NCBI RefSeq assembly: GCF_000007985.2
Contig: NC_002939.5
Span: 750,001-782,000 of the forward strand
Reading direction: 5' to 3'
From: Geobacter sulfurreducens PCA
GTDB taxonomy: Bacteria; Desulfobacterota; Desulfuromonadia; Geobacterales; Geobacteraceae
Length of the DNA stretch: 32,000 nucleotides
Position numbers and translations under genes: made by a program
The notes under the pieces: generated by a model
The model's input: the letters and a program-made list of their open reading frames with translations, nothing else
Database searches by the model: none
What the model was told of the DNA's origin: nothing
In this document: in pieces, positions 24,341 through 32,000 of the stretch
Numbering within the stretch: position 1 is the first letter of the stretch
Layout: the number at the start of each line of letters is the position of its first letter

Positions 24341-24946
24341 ATGCGTCATCAACGCCTCGAAGGCCGTCACATTATCCGTATCGCTCCCGGCGAATACCAC
24401 GTCACTACAGGCGGGGGCGTCATTTCGACGCTTCTCGGTTCGTGCGTGGCCGCCTGCCTGTTCGACTCGGAAAGCGGCGTGGCCGGGATGAATCATTTTC
24501 TGCTCAGCAATCACCGCTACTCCCGCACCATGCCCTTCTGCTTCACCGAGGCGGGGCGCTACGGCATCCACTCCATGGAACTGCTTATCAACTCTCTCAT
24601 GCGCCACGGTGCGCGGCGGGAGAACCTCCGCGCCAAGGCCTTCGGCGGTGCCTCGATTCTGGTCAATCGCGCCGAGGTCGGCAACTTTTCCTGTGTCGGC
24701 AGCGTCAATGCCCGGTTTGTCCGGGAGTTTCTCGCCAATGAAGGGATTCCGCTCCTCTCCGCCGACCTGGAGGGGGAGCGGGGCCGCGTGATCTATTTCG
24801 ATACAACGGACTTTTCCGTATTCGTCCGCAAGATCCGGCTCCAGCGGAGCCTCGTGGTGGCCAAGCGCGACCGGAACGTGTGGGAACACGGGGTCCAGGC
24901 CCATGATGTGGAACCGGACTCGGTCGACCTCTGGCTGCCGGGGTAG
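24341..24946 (+). CDS. cheD: Chemoreceptor glutamine deamidase CheD
   Basis: CheD motifs are present: IRIAPGEYHV, ISTLLGSCVAACLFD, GMNHFLL, AKAFGGASIL and VGSVNARFVREFL. There is no SD before ATG 24341. A TTG at 24284 abutting the upstream stop is an alternative start. Confidence 0.8.
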   Translation: MRHQRLEGRHIIRIAPGEYHVTTGGGVISTLLGSCVAACLFDSESGVAGMNHFLLSNHRYSRTMPFCFTEAGRYGIHSMELLINSLMRHGARRENLRAKAFGGASILVNRAEVGNFSCVGSVNARFVREFLANEGIPLLSADLEGERGRVIYFDTTDFSVFVRKIRLQRSLVVAKRDRNVWEHGVQAHDVEPDSVDLWLPG

Positions 24947-24955
24947 GCCGAGATC

Positions 24956-25387
24956 TCACCAGACCTGGAACGTGCCGTAGACCGGGTTCGACAGGTTGCC
25001 GCCGCGGTCGGTGAGGTAGATGGTGAAGGTATAGGTTCCCGGCGGATAGGTAAGGTAGTCGATCGAGAACGAGACCGTGCCGCCGGTATAGCCCACATAG
25101 TCATCCAGGTCGGCAACCGTCCGCGCCATGACCCGGCCGAGGCTGTCGCTCACAACGATGGTCATGATATCTGTGTCCGCGTCCGGGTCGGTGAAGTCGA
25201 TGGACCCCGGCACGAAGTACCGGTCCGCATCCTTCCAGAAGCTGAGCCAGGTGATGGCAGGGGCGTAGTCGACCGGGTACACCACGGGGATTTCCGCCGA
25301 GATGCGGACCTCTCCCCCGCCACATCCCCCGAGCAGCAGTGCCAGACCGAGAAGCAGCGCTCCCGCCGTCCGTTTCATCCGTTTCAT
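24956..25387 (-). CDS. Lipoprotein of unknown function (beta-rich)
   Basis: GGGAGGG lies upstream of ATG 25387. MKRMKRTAGALLLGLALLLGGCGGG is a canonical lipobox. The upstream part of the track ORF is not coding. Confidence 0.7.
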   Translation of the reverse strand: MKRMKRTAGALLLGLALLLGGCGGGEVRISAEIPVVYPVDYAPAITWLSFWKDADRYFVPGSIDFTDPDADTDIMTIVVSDSLGRVMARTVADLDDYVGYTGGTVSFSIDYLTYPPGTYTFTIYLTDRGGNLSNPVYGTFQVW

Positions 25388-25458
25388 GGTTCCCTCCCGT
25401 TGCATCCCGAAATGTTCCGCATGACTCCACTCTAGGGGGAATCCGGCCGCGAAACCAT

Positions 25459-25519
25459 CGACATCGCAGGGCATGCGACCCGATGTCGGGTCGTTTTCGG
25501 GGCGCAACGGGGCCGTTGC
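25459..25519 (+). promoter_or_regulatory. Structured leader upstream of pap: terminator-like hairpin with a competing alternative pairing, plus a second hairpin
   Basis: CGACCCGA (25476-25483) pairs with TCGGGTCG (25486-25493), followed by TTTT. Upstream CGACATCG (25459-25466) is complementary to CGATGTCG (25481-25488), and that pairing would exclude the terminator stem. A second hairpin is GCAACGG/CCGTTGC (25504-25519). Confidence 0.35.
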
Positions 25520-25611
25520 CCGAAGAGCGGGGCCGGCGATGCTGCCGTTCCGGTCCCGTCTTTCCTGTGGTATCCTTTTCCCGGAAGATACTTGCCGCAG
25601 GAGGAACGATA

Positions 25612-27090
25612 ATGTTCGAATCGGCCGAACTGGACCATGCTGTGGACAAGAAAACCTGGAAGGCCCGGGTTCCTCCTCTGCGGGAGGCACTGCTCGATGC
25701 CCAGTACGATTTGCTCGAAGCCCGCGGCTTTCCGGTCGTGATCCTCATCAGCGGCGTGGACGGTGCCGGCAAGGGGGAGACGGTCAACATCCTCAACGAG
25801 TGGCTCGACCCGCGCCATGTGGAGACCAACGCGCCGGGGGACGCCTCGGACGAGGAGCGGGAGCGGCCCCCCATGTGGCGGTTCTGGCGCTCCCTCCCGC
25901 CGAGAGGGAAGATCGGTATTTTTTTCGGATCCTGGTACAGCGGGGCGATCTCGGACCACATGGAGGGTCGGAGCAAACAGGCAAAGCTCGACCAGGCCCT
26001 GGAACGGATCAGGCGCTTCGAGCGGATGCTGGCGGACGAGGGGGCTCTGGTCCTCAAGTTCTGGCTCCATCTGTCCCGGGACCAGCAGGAGCGGCGTCTC
26101 AAGGCGCTGGAGAAAAACCCCCGGACCCGCTGGCGGGTCACGGCCCGGGACTGGAAAAACTTCAAGGTATACGAGCGGTTCCGTGATCTGGCCACCCATG
26201 TCCTGCGGGCAACGAGCACTGCCGAGGCACCCTGGACCGTTGTGTCCGGCGTCGATCCCCGCTATCGTTCCCTGACGGTGGGGAACGCGATTCTCTCTGC
26301 TCTGCGCGCCCGGCTCGCCACCCCCGAAAACCCCCATCCACCGCGCACGGCGCTCCCCGTGTCCCCGGCAACAGACGCGGTTATGCTGCTTCGGTCCCTG
26401 AATCTTTCCCGAACGATAACGAAGAAGCGCTACGAAGAAGAACTGGAGGAACTCCAGGGACGGCTCAGCCTGCTGACCCGCGAGCCCCGGTTCCGCAAGC
26501 GGGCGGTAGTGGCGGTGTTCGAAGGGAGCGACGCGGCCGGCAAGGGTGGCGCCATTCGTCGGGTCACTCAGGCCCTCGACGCCAAGATTTACCGGGTGGT
26601 GCCCATTGCCGCCCCTACAGAGGACGAGTTGGCCCAGCCCTACCTGTGGCGCTTCTGGCGCACTATCCCGCGCCTGGGGCGCTTCGCGATCTTTGACCGT
26701 TCCTGGTACGGCCGGGTGCTCGTGGAGCGGGTGGAGGGATTCTGTTCCCGTGGGGATTGGATGCGGGCCTACAGCGAGATCAACGATTTCGAGGAGCAAC
26801 TGGTGGAGAGCAGGATCGTGGTGGCCAAGTTCTGGCTGGCCATCAGCCCGGAGGAACAGTTGCGGCGTTTCCGGGAGCGCGAGGAGACCGGTTTCAAGCG
26901 GTTCAAGATAACGGAGGATGACTGGCGTAACCGGGAAAAGTGGGGGGAGTACGAGACCGCCGTCTGCGACATGATCGACCGAACGAGCACGGAGATCGCC
27001 CCCTGGACCCTTGTGGAAGCCGAGAACAAGCAGTATGCCCGGATCAAGGTGCTGCGGACGCTCTGCGAGCGGATCGAGGCAGTTTTATAG
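25612..27090 (+). CDS. pap: Two-domain polyphosphate kinase 2 (polyphosphate:AMP phosphotransferase type)
   Basis: GGAGGA lies upstream of ATG 25612. There are two PPK2 modules, each with a Walker A-like loop (ISGVDGAGKGETV and FEGSDAAGKGGAI) and the conserved WRFW and DRSWY motifs. Confidence 0.85.
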   Translation: MFESAELDHAVDKKTWKARVPPLREALLDAQYDLLEARGFPVVILISGVDGAGKGETVNILNEWLDPRHVETNAPGDASDEERERPPMWRFWRSLPPRGKIGIFFGSWYSGAISDHMEGRSKQAKLDQALERIRRFERMLADEGALVLKFWLHLSRDQQERRLKALEKNPRTRWRVTARDWKNFKVYERFRDLATHVLRATSTAEAPWTVVSGVDPRYRSLTVGNAILSALRARLATPENPHPPRTALPVSPATDAVMLLRSLNLSRTITKKRYEEELEELQGRLSLLTREPRFRKRAVVAVFEGSDAAGKGGAIRRVTQALDAKIYRVVPIAAPTEDELAQPYLWRFWRTIPRLGRFAIFDRSWYGRVLVERVEGFCSRGDWMRAYSEINDFEEQLVESRIVVAKFWLAISPEEQLRRFREREETGFKRFKITEDDWRNREKWGEYETAVCDMIDRTSTEIAPWTLVEAENKQYARIKVLRTLCERIEAVL

Positions 27091-27104
27091 CTGCCAACCT
27101 CTTT

Positions 27105-27779
27105 TCAGGACGGCCAGCCGAGGGCATCCTTGGGGCAGGCGTCCACGCAGGACGAGCACTTGAGGCAGTCCCGGTGGGGGAGAGTTCCATCCTGCCGGTG
27201 GGCCGCGATGGTAAGCCCCATGGGACAGTGACGCTCGCAGGAGCCGCAGCCGACGCACGATTCCGCGATGGTCATCTGCCAATTTCCGCCGCCGATGGCG
27301 TTCGACATGGTCCCCACCGGGCAGACCAGGCACCAGGTGCGGGCCCGGAAGGCGAGGCCCAGGACGATGCCGATGCCGGTGGTCAGGGCGCAGGCCATCC
27401 AGAAGACGAAGCCCCAGTGGGCCGGGTCGGCGGGGTCGCGGGAGATCTGCCACCCCAGAAATCCCATGAGGAGCGCGAGAAAGGTCCAGCGGAAGGCTGA
27501 GCCGCGCAGGAACGCGGGGACGTCGCGGGGGCCCCCCACCAGCCGGAACAGGGTATCGAAGAAGCTTCCCCGCGGGCAGAAATTGCCGCACACGTACCGC
27601 CCCCTGAAGAAGCTGCCGGCGATGGAGGCCGCCATGGCTGCGGGCACGACGAATCCCACGAGGGGGTAGCGCCAGCCGACAGCGATGGTGAGGATCATGA
27701 TCAGGGCCAGCGCCCAGCGATGGGTGGCCGCAACCGGTTTCTGGAAGGGAAGGGAGATGGCGCCGTCCATGTGCTCCAT
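27105..27779 (-). CDS. Membrane-bound 4Fe-4S ferredoxin-type protein (NapH/MauN/NosH-like)
   Basis: Four hydrophobic helices carry the CGNFCPRG and WCLVCPVG motifs. The C-terminus has two ferredoxin motifs, CVGCGSCERHCP and CLKCSSCVDACP. Confidence 0.75.
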   Translation of the reverse strand: MEHMDGAISLPFQKPVAATHRWALALIMILTIAVGWRYPLVGFVVPAAMAASIAGSFFRGRYVCGNFCPRGSFFDTLFRLVGGPRDVPAFLRGSAFRWTFLALLMGFLGWQISRDPADPAHWGFVFWMACALTTGIGIVLGLAFRARTWCLVCPVGTMSNAIGGGNWQMTIAESCVGCGSCERHCPMGLTIAAHRQDGTLPHRDCLKCSSCVDACPKDALGWPS

Positions 27780-27845
27780 GAGAGAGTCGTCCTCCGTGCC
27801 TGCGTGAAAGTAAGTGCCATCATAGGGATTCCGCGGTATTCTGTC

Positions 27846-27873
27846 AATAATATATATTCAAAATAATATATTT
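27846..27873. repeat. AT-only direct repeat in divergent promoter region
   Basis: AATAATATATATT (27846-27858) and AATAATATATTTT (27861-27873) are separated by 2 nt. They include the palindrome AATATATATT. This is a striking AT island in a GC-rich genome. Confidence 0.6.
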
Positions 27874-27946
27874 TAAGACTGCAGTTGTTTTGCAGGAGTT
27901 CTTTTTTCTTTTTCCGGCGCAGGATTTGTGATACGCACAAGGGACC

Positions 27947-28774
27947 ATGAACAAACGACAAACAACCATCAACCGGATTTTCAAGCTGAGCGGCATCGGT
28001 CTCCATACCGGCCGGGAAGTGACCCTGGAGTTCATCCCCCGCCGGGAGTTCGGCATCGCCTTCGTCTATCAGGGACAGCTCATCCCTGCCCGCTACGACA
28101 TGGTGGCGGACACCCGGCTTTCGACCCAGATCGCGGCGGACGGGAAATCGGTCTCCACCATCGAGCACCTGATGGCGGCCTTCTACTACTCGGGGATCAC
28201 CAACTGTCTCGTCTACATCGACGGCCCCGAGGTGCCGATCATGGACGGCTCGGCCTGGGAGTTCTACCACGAGATCTGGCGGGCCGGGGTCTACGAGTTT
28301 CCGGAGACGGGGGTCTACCTGAAGGTGCTCCGCCCCGTCGAGGTGAGCCACAATGATGCCTGGGTGCGGGTAAAGCCCCTTAACACCCTCGACATCACCA
28401 TGACCATCGAGTTCCGTCCCCCGGTCGGGAAGCAGAGGAAGCGGCTCATGGACGTGGAGAACGCCGTCTCCATCATTAACTCGCGCACCTTCGTCCTCCA
28501 CGAGGAGATCGAGGCGATCCGCAAGGCGGGCCTCGCCAAGGGCGGGTCCCTGGACAACGCCGTTGTCATCGGCGGAGAGGAGATCCTGAACCCCAACGGT
28601 CTCCGCTACAAAAAGGAGTTGGTGAACCACAAGATACTCGACCTCATCGGCGACCTCTTTACCTGCGGCTACCGCATGCTGGGCAAGGTGGAGGCAAACA
28701 AGACCGGCCACTACCTGAACAACCGGCTGCTGCGCGAGATATTTGCCGATCCCGACAATTACGCCATCTACTGA
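27947..28774 (+). CDS. lpxC: UDP-3-O-acyl-N-acetylglucosamine deacetylase
   Basis: LpxC motifs are present: GIGLHTG, STIEHLMAAF, EVPIMDGSA and HKILDLIGDL. At 275 aa it is somewhat shorter than E. coli LpxC. Confidence 0.85.
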   Translation: MNKRQTTINRIFKLSGIGLHTGREVTLEFIPRREFGIAFVYQGQLIPARYDMVADTRLSTQIAADGKSVSTIEHLMAAFYYSGITNCLVYIDGPEVPIMDGSAWEFYHEIWRAGVYEFPETGVYLKVLRPVEVSHNDAWVRVKPLNTLDITMTIEFRPPVGKQRKRLMDVENAVSIINSRTFVLHEEIEAIRKAGLAKGGSLDNAVVIGGEEILNPNGLRYKKELVNHKILDLIGDLFTCGYRMLGKVEANKTGHYLNNRLLREIFADPDNYAIY

Positions 28775-28803
28775 CGGCGCCGGTTTGCGCGGCCCGGAAA
28801 ATG

Positions 28804-28831
28804 AAAAAGCCCGCCGAATGCGGGCTTTTTT
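28804..28831. terminator. Bidirectional rho-independent terminator (lpxC / rnk)
   Basis: The sequence is AAAAA-GCCCGC-cgaat-GCGGGC-TTTTTT. The A-tract and T-tract flank a 6-bp GC stem between convergent genes. Confidence 0.8.
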
Positions 28832-28857
28832 CGTACCGGGAACCAGGCGCGTGCCGG

Positions 28858-29286
28858 CTACCGATGAAAATCCCCCGCCGCTTCCGGCTGGTAGAGAATC
28901 TTGGTGATTTTGATCTTTCTCGTGCCCCCGGGAACCTTCCAGGTGATGGTGTCACCGGCCCGGTAGCCGAGCAGGGCTGTGCCGACGGGGGCCAGGATGG
29001 ATATCCGGTTTTCCTCAAGCCGCGCGTCGGAGGGGAAGACGAGCTCGTACACCATCTCCTCTCCCGTGGCCAGGTCTTTCAGGGCAACCCGCGAATTCAT
29101 GGTGACCACGTCGGCCGGAATCTGCTGCGGCTCAACCACCTCGGCGCGCAGCAGCTCATCCTCCAGCTCCTGCAGGTGCCGGCTGTCCCGGGAACCCTCC
29201 GTGTCAATCTTGTCCAGCAGCTCTTCGAGCCGCGTCAGATCGAATTCGGTGATGTAGATCGATCGTTCTTCAGCTTTCTTTTTCAT
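28858..29286 (-). CDS. rnk: Nucleoside diphosphate kinase regulator Rnk (GreA/GreB-family C-terminal domain)
   Basis: ATG 29286 gives 142 aa. It resembles E. coli Rnk closely by eye (DVVTMNSRV...LAPVGTALLGYRAGDTITWKVPGG...YQPEAAGD). Confidence 0.8.
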   Translation of the reverse strand: MKKKAEERSIYITEFDLTRLEELLDKIDTEGSRDSRHLQELEDELLRAEVVEPQQIPADVVTMNSRVALKDLATGEEMVYELVFPSDARLEENRISILAPVGTALLGYRAGDTITWKVPGGTRKIKITKILYQPEAAGDFHR

Positions 29287-29483
29287 GACGTCGCTCCCGT
29301 TGAGGAGGGGCACGTTCGGTCCCCCTCCGGATAAAGCTTCAATGATACACAACGTCGGCAAGTATTCAACGGTCGCGACTTAACCACACGTAATGTTGTA
29401 TAAAAAATCGTTTCGTGTACACTGGCTGCCAGTGATCCGCGGCTCGATTCGAGGAGCCCGGCGTTCCGACCGGGGAGGAGAGG

Positions 29484-30521
29484 ATGGCATCGTTGCGAGA
29501 GGATATGTTCGGGCAGGCTTCCGGGGACTTTGCCGTTGATCTGGGAACGACCACCACCCGGGTCTACCGGAGGGGGGCGGGCATCGTGCTGTCCCAGCCG
29601 TCCATGGTGGCGTTCCGGCGCGGCGACGGCGGTCCGGCACGGCTGCTGGACGCGGGGAGCGGCGCCCGCCGGATGTTCGGCCGGACCCCGGCGGGCATCG
29701 ACGTGGTAAGGCCCCTGCGCGAGGGGGTGGTCGTGGATCCGGCGGCCGGGGCGCACATGCTGCGTTCGTTTTTCGACAGCATTCCCGGCTGCGCCCACAG
29801 ATCCCTGCGGATTATCATAGGGGTCCCGGCTGGGGGCAGCGGTCGCGATCGGGACAACGCCCGCGCCGTGGCCCGTATGGCCGGTGCCGGCGAGGTGTAC
29901 CTGATGGAAGAGCCACTGGCCCTGGCCATCGGTGCCGGCGCCGATGCCGCAGACCTGTGGGGAACCCTCGTGGTGGACGTGGGAGGGGGGACCACCGAAG
30001 TGGCCCTGGTGGCCTCGGGAGGCATCCAGTGCCTCCGTTCGGTGCCCGTGGGGGGAGATGCCATGGATGCGGCCATTGTCGGCTACCTGGAGCGGGAGCG
30101 TGGAGTGCTCGTGGGGGAACGGACGGCCGAGGAACTCAAGATCCGGCTCGGCGCGGCCACGGCCGACAGCCCTGCCGAACGGGCCCGGGTGCGTGGGCGC
30201 GGCGTGGCGCGAGGGTTGCCGGTTGAGATTTCGGTAAGCAGCCGCGAGGTGTGCGCTGCCCTGAGGGCGCCGGTGGCCGCCATCGTGGCGGCAGTGCGAT
30301 CATGCCTCGACGGGATTCCGCCGGCCGTGTCCCTGGATCTCCTGGATCGGGGCATCCTGATGGGGGGCGGCGGGTCCCTGCTGCACGGCCTGGACCGGGC
30401 CCTGGAGCGGGAGGTGCTGCTGCCGGTCACGCGGGTGAGCGATCCCTTTTCCTGCGTGGCCCGAGGCTCGGCCGCGGTGCTCGACTACCTGGGGGTGCTC
30501 CGGCGGGTCGAACGGGGGTAG
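29484..30521 (+). CDS. MreB/Mbl-family actin-like protein (divergent paralog)
   Basis: GGAGGAGAGG lies upstream of ATG 29484. The actin-fold motifs are DLGTTTTRVY, GRTPAGIDVVRPLREGVV, LMEEPLALAIGAG, VVDVGGGTTEVA and MGGGGSLLHGLD. There are no mreC/mreD genes nearby. Confidence 0.8.
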   Translation: MASLREDMFGQASGDFAVDLGTTTTRVYRRGAGIVLSQPSMVAFRRGDGGPARLLDAGSGARRMFGRTPAGIDVVRPLREGVVVDPAAGAHMLRSFFDSIPGCAHRSLRIIIGVPAGGSGRDRDNARAVARMAGAGEVYLMEEPLALAIGAGADAADLWGTLVVDVGGGTTEVALVASGGIQCLRSVPVGGDAMDAAIVGYLERERGVLVGERTAEELKIRLGAATADSPAERARVRGRGVARGLPVEISVSSREVCAALRAPVAAIVAAVRSCLDGIPPAVSLDLLDRGILMGGGGSLLHGLDRALEREVLLPVTRVSDPFSCVARGSAAVLDYLGVLRRVERG

Positions 30522-30529
30522 CCGGGCGG

Positions 30530-32000
30530 TCACATGCCGAACAGCAGGAGCGTGACCAGAGTGATCAGGGTGTAGAGGATGTAGAGGTGCAACTGGCCGT
30601 GCTGGAGCCTCCGGAGCGGGGCGAGCTTACCATTGGCCCACGTGATGAACGGGAGGTAGAGGTGTTCGAGCACCGTCTCGGGGACATGGGTATGGAGCTC
30701 CGACGGCGCCGGCGCACAGGAGCGGATGCCGGGCTGGGTGCCGTGGGGGCGCAGGATGCCGCCGAAGAGCCGGACCAGCATCTCGGCGAAGGATGACGCG
30801 GTGTACTGCATCCGGGGGGTGGGGGCCAGATAGCCGCAGCCCCAGGTGGGCGAGGCTCCCCGGGGCACGGCGGCCAACCGCCGGGCGTAGAGGAGAGCGA
30901 GAACGGCCACCGTGGCAAGGGTGCCGGCGGCAACGGCCATGAGCCATCCCAGGGGCGCCAGATCGGCCAGGGCCGGGGCCGTGAGAGCCAGTTCCGGCCG
31001 CCAGGAGCGCACCGCGGCGTCAAGCAGCGGCGCCACCGCCGCCGGTGCCAGGCCGACCACGACGCAGACCGCGCCCAGCACGGCCATGGGCGCGAGCATG
31101 GGGCGCCCCGCCTCGTGGGCGCGGGCCGCCTCTTCGCTCCGGGGGAGCCCCAGGAAAACCACGCCGAAGACCTTGACGAAGCAGGCAACCGCCAGTCCCC
31201 CCACCAGGGCAAGGGCCGGCCCGGCCAGTGATGTGACGGCCGCGGCCGCGCCGGTGCCGTGGACCGCCTCCCGGAAGACCCCCAGGTAGATGAGGAACTC
31301 GCTCACGAAGCCGTTCAGGGGCGGCAGCCCGCAGATGGCCACGGCCCCGGTCAGGAAGAGAAGGGCGGTCCGGGGCATGACGCGGGCGATGCCCCCCATC
31401 CGGTCGATTTTCCGGGTGCCGACGGCATGGATCACCGAGCCGGCGCCGAGGAAAAGGAGCGCCTTGAAGGTGGCGTGGTTCAGTACGTGGAGCAGTGCCC
31501 CTGCCATGCCGAGGAGTGCCAGGGAGGGAACCCCCGTGGCCGCGCCCACCAGGGCCACGCCGATCCCCATGGCGATGATCCCGATGTTCTCGATGCTGTG
31601 GTAGGCCAGCAACCGCTTGAGGTCATGCTGACCCAGAGCGAAGGCGACCCCGGCGATCCCCGACGCCATTCCCGCCACCAGCAGGACGATCCCCCACCAG
31701 AGCGGAATCTGGGCAAAGAAGGAAACCGTCCGGACGATGCCGTAGATGCCGAGCTTCAGGATTACCCCGGACATGATGGCCGAGATGTGGCTCGGGGCGT
31801 TGGCGTGGGCCGACGGGAGCCAGACGTGGAGCGGCATGAGCCCAGCCTTGATGCCGAAGCCCAGGAGTGCGGTCAGGAAGATGCCGGCGCCGATCCCTCC
31901 GCCGGCCGCCAGCGATGCCGGGGCCGGGAAGAGGTACGATCCCGCCGTCCCCTTGAGGAGCGAAAACAGGGCGAACAGGGCCAGGGTGCCGATGTGGGTG
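30530..32000 (-). CDS. Proton-conducting antiporter-like membrane subunit (NuoL/HyfB family; hydrogenase-4 component B-like), N-terminus outside window
   Basis: The reading frame stays open upstream of the track's Met at 31837, all the way to the window edge (...FGIKAGLMPLHVWLPSAHANAPSHISAIMSGVILKLGIYG). The protein has many TM helices and a HyfB-like C-terminal extension. Confidence 0.8.
   Translation of the reverse strand, partial: THIGTLALFALFSLLKGTAGSYLFPAPASLAAGGGIGAGIFLTALLGFGIKAGLMPLHVWLPSAHANAPSHISAIMSGVILKLGIYGIVRTVSFFAQIPLWWGIVLLVAGMASGIAGVAFALGQHDLKRLLAYHSIENIGIIAMGIGVALVGAATGVPSLALLGMAGALLHVLNHATFKALLFLGAGSVIHAVGTRKIDRMGGIARVMPRTALLFLTGAVAICGLPPLNGFVSEFLIYLGVFREAVHGTGAAAAVTSLAGPALALVGGLAVACFVKVFGVVFLGLPRSEEAARAHEAGRPMLAPMAVLGAVCVVVGLAPAAVAPLLDAAVRSWRPELALTAPALADLAPLGWLMAVAAGTLATVAVLALLYARRLAAVPRGASPTWGCGYLAPTPRMQYTASSFAEMLVRLFGGILRPHGTQPGIRSCAPAPSELHTHVPETVLEHLYLPFITWANGKLAPLRRLQHGQLHLYILYTLITLVTLLLFGM

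Noticed and set aside
27874-27896. Sigma-54-like CTGCAG-N5-TTGCA upstream of lpxC.
   Set aside because: The -24 element lacks the invariant GG (it reads TGCA). The match is more simply a short inverted repeat.

Overview
This is a GC-rich bacterial chromosomal window (by eye above 60% GC). Strong GC3 bias produces many long spurious antisense ORFs in the six-frame track. The gene content suggests a Geobacter/Desulfuromonadales-type organism, but that taxon call is inference only. The supporting genes are a multihaem c-type cytochrome with its own ResB/CcsA pair, a PAS hybrid histidine kinase, a TAT-exported SOR-like protein and a HyfB-like subunit.

I call about 34 protein genes, one guanidine-II (mini-ykkC) riboswitch, several terminator-like hairpins and a few promoter candidates. 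I saw no rRNA, tRNA, CRISPR array, transposase or integrase.

Layout:
- 1-3694 (+): cytochrome, lipoprotein, resB-like, ccsA.
- 3759-5782 (-): emrE-like SMR, riboswitch, sugE/gdx SMR, MFS transporter.
- 6026-16902 (-): an eight-gene co-directional block (described below).
- 17369-19483 (+): small membrane zinc-ribbon protein plus hybrid kinase.
- 19493-21099 (-): TAT-SOR-like protein plus alpha/beta hydrolase.
- 21276-22899 (+): ECF sigma, anti-sigma-like protein, repeat protein, 39-aa basic ORF, then a terminator.
- 23109-32000: housekeeping and miscellaneous genes (YkgJ-type Cys-cluster protein, HTH protein, orphan cheD, lipoprotein, two-domain PPK2, NapH-like ferredoxin, lpxC, rnk, MreB paralog, HyfB-like).

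The most interesting region is the minus-strand block. In transcription order it encodes:
- a bare caspase-like protease;
- a cytoplasmic endolysin-type amidase with an SH3b domain;
- a 758-aa Cys/Trp-rich orphan protein with an internal duplication;
- a 5-TM protein and a lipoprotein;
- an EEP-family nuclease/phosphatase;
- a ZraP/Spy-like periplasmic protein;
- a 1064-aa KAP-family transmembrane P-loop NTPase.

I interpret this block as a candidate conflict/defence or programmed-lysis island. The caspase-amidase-orphan trio matches no described system that I know of. All functional calls come from reading motifs in the translations. No database search was run.
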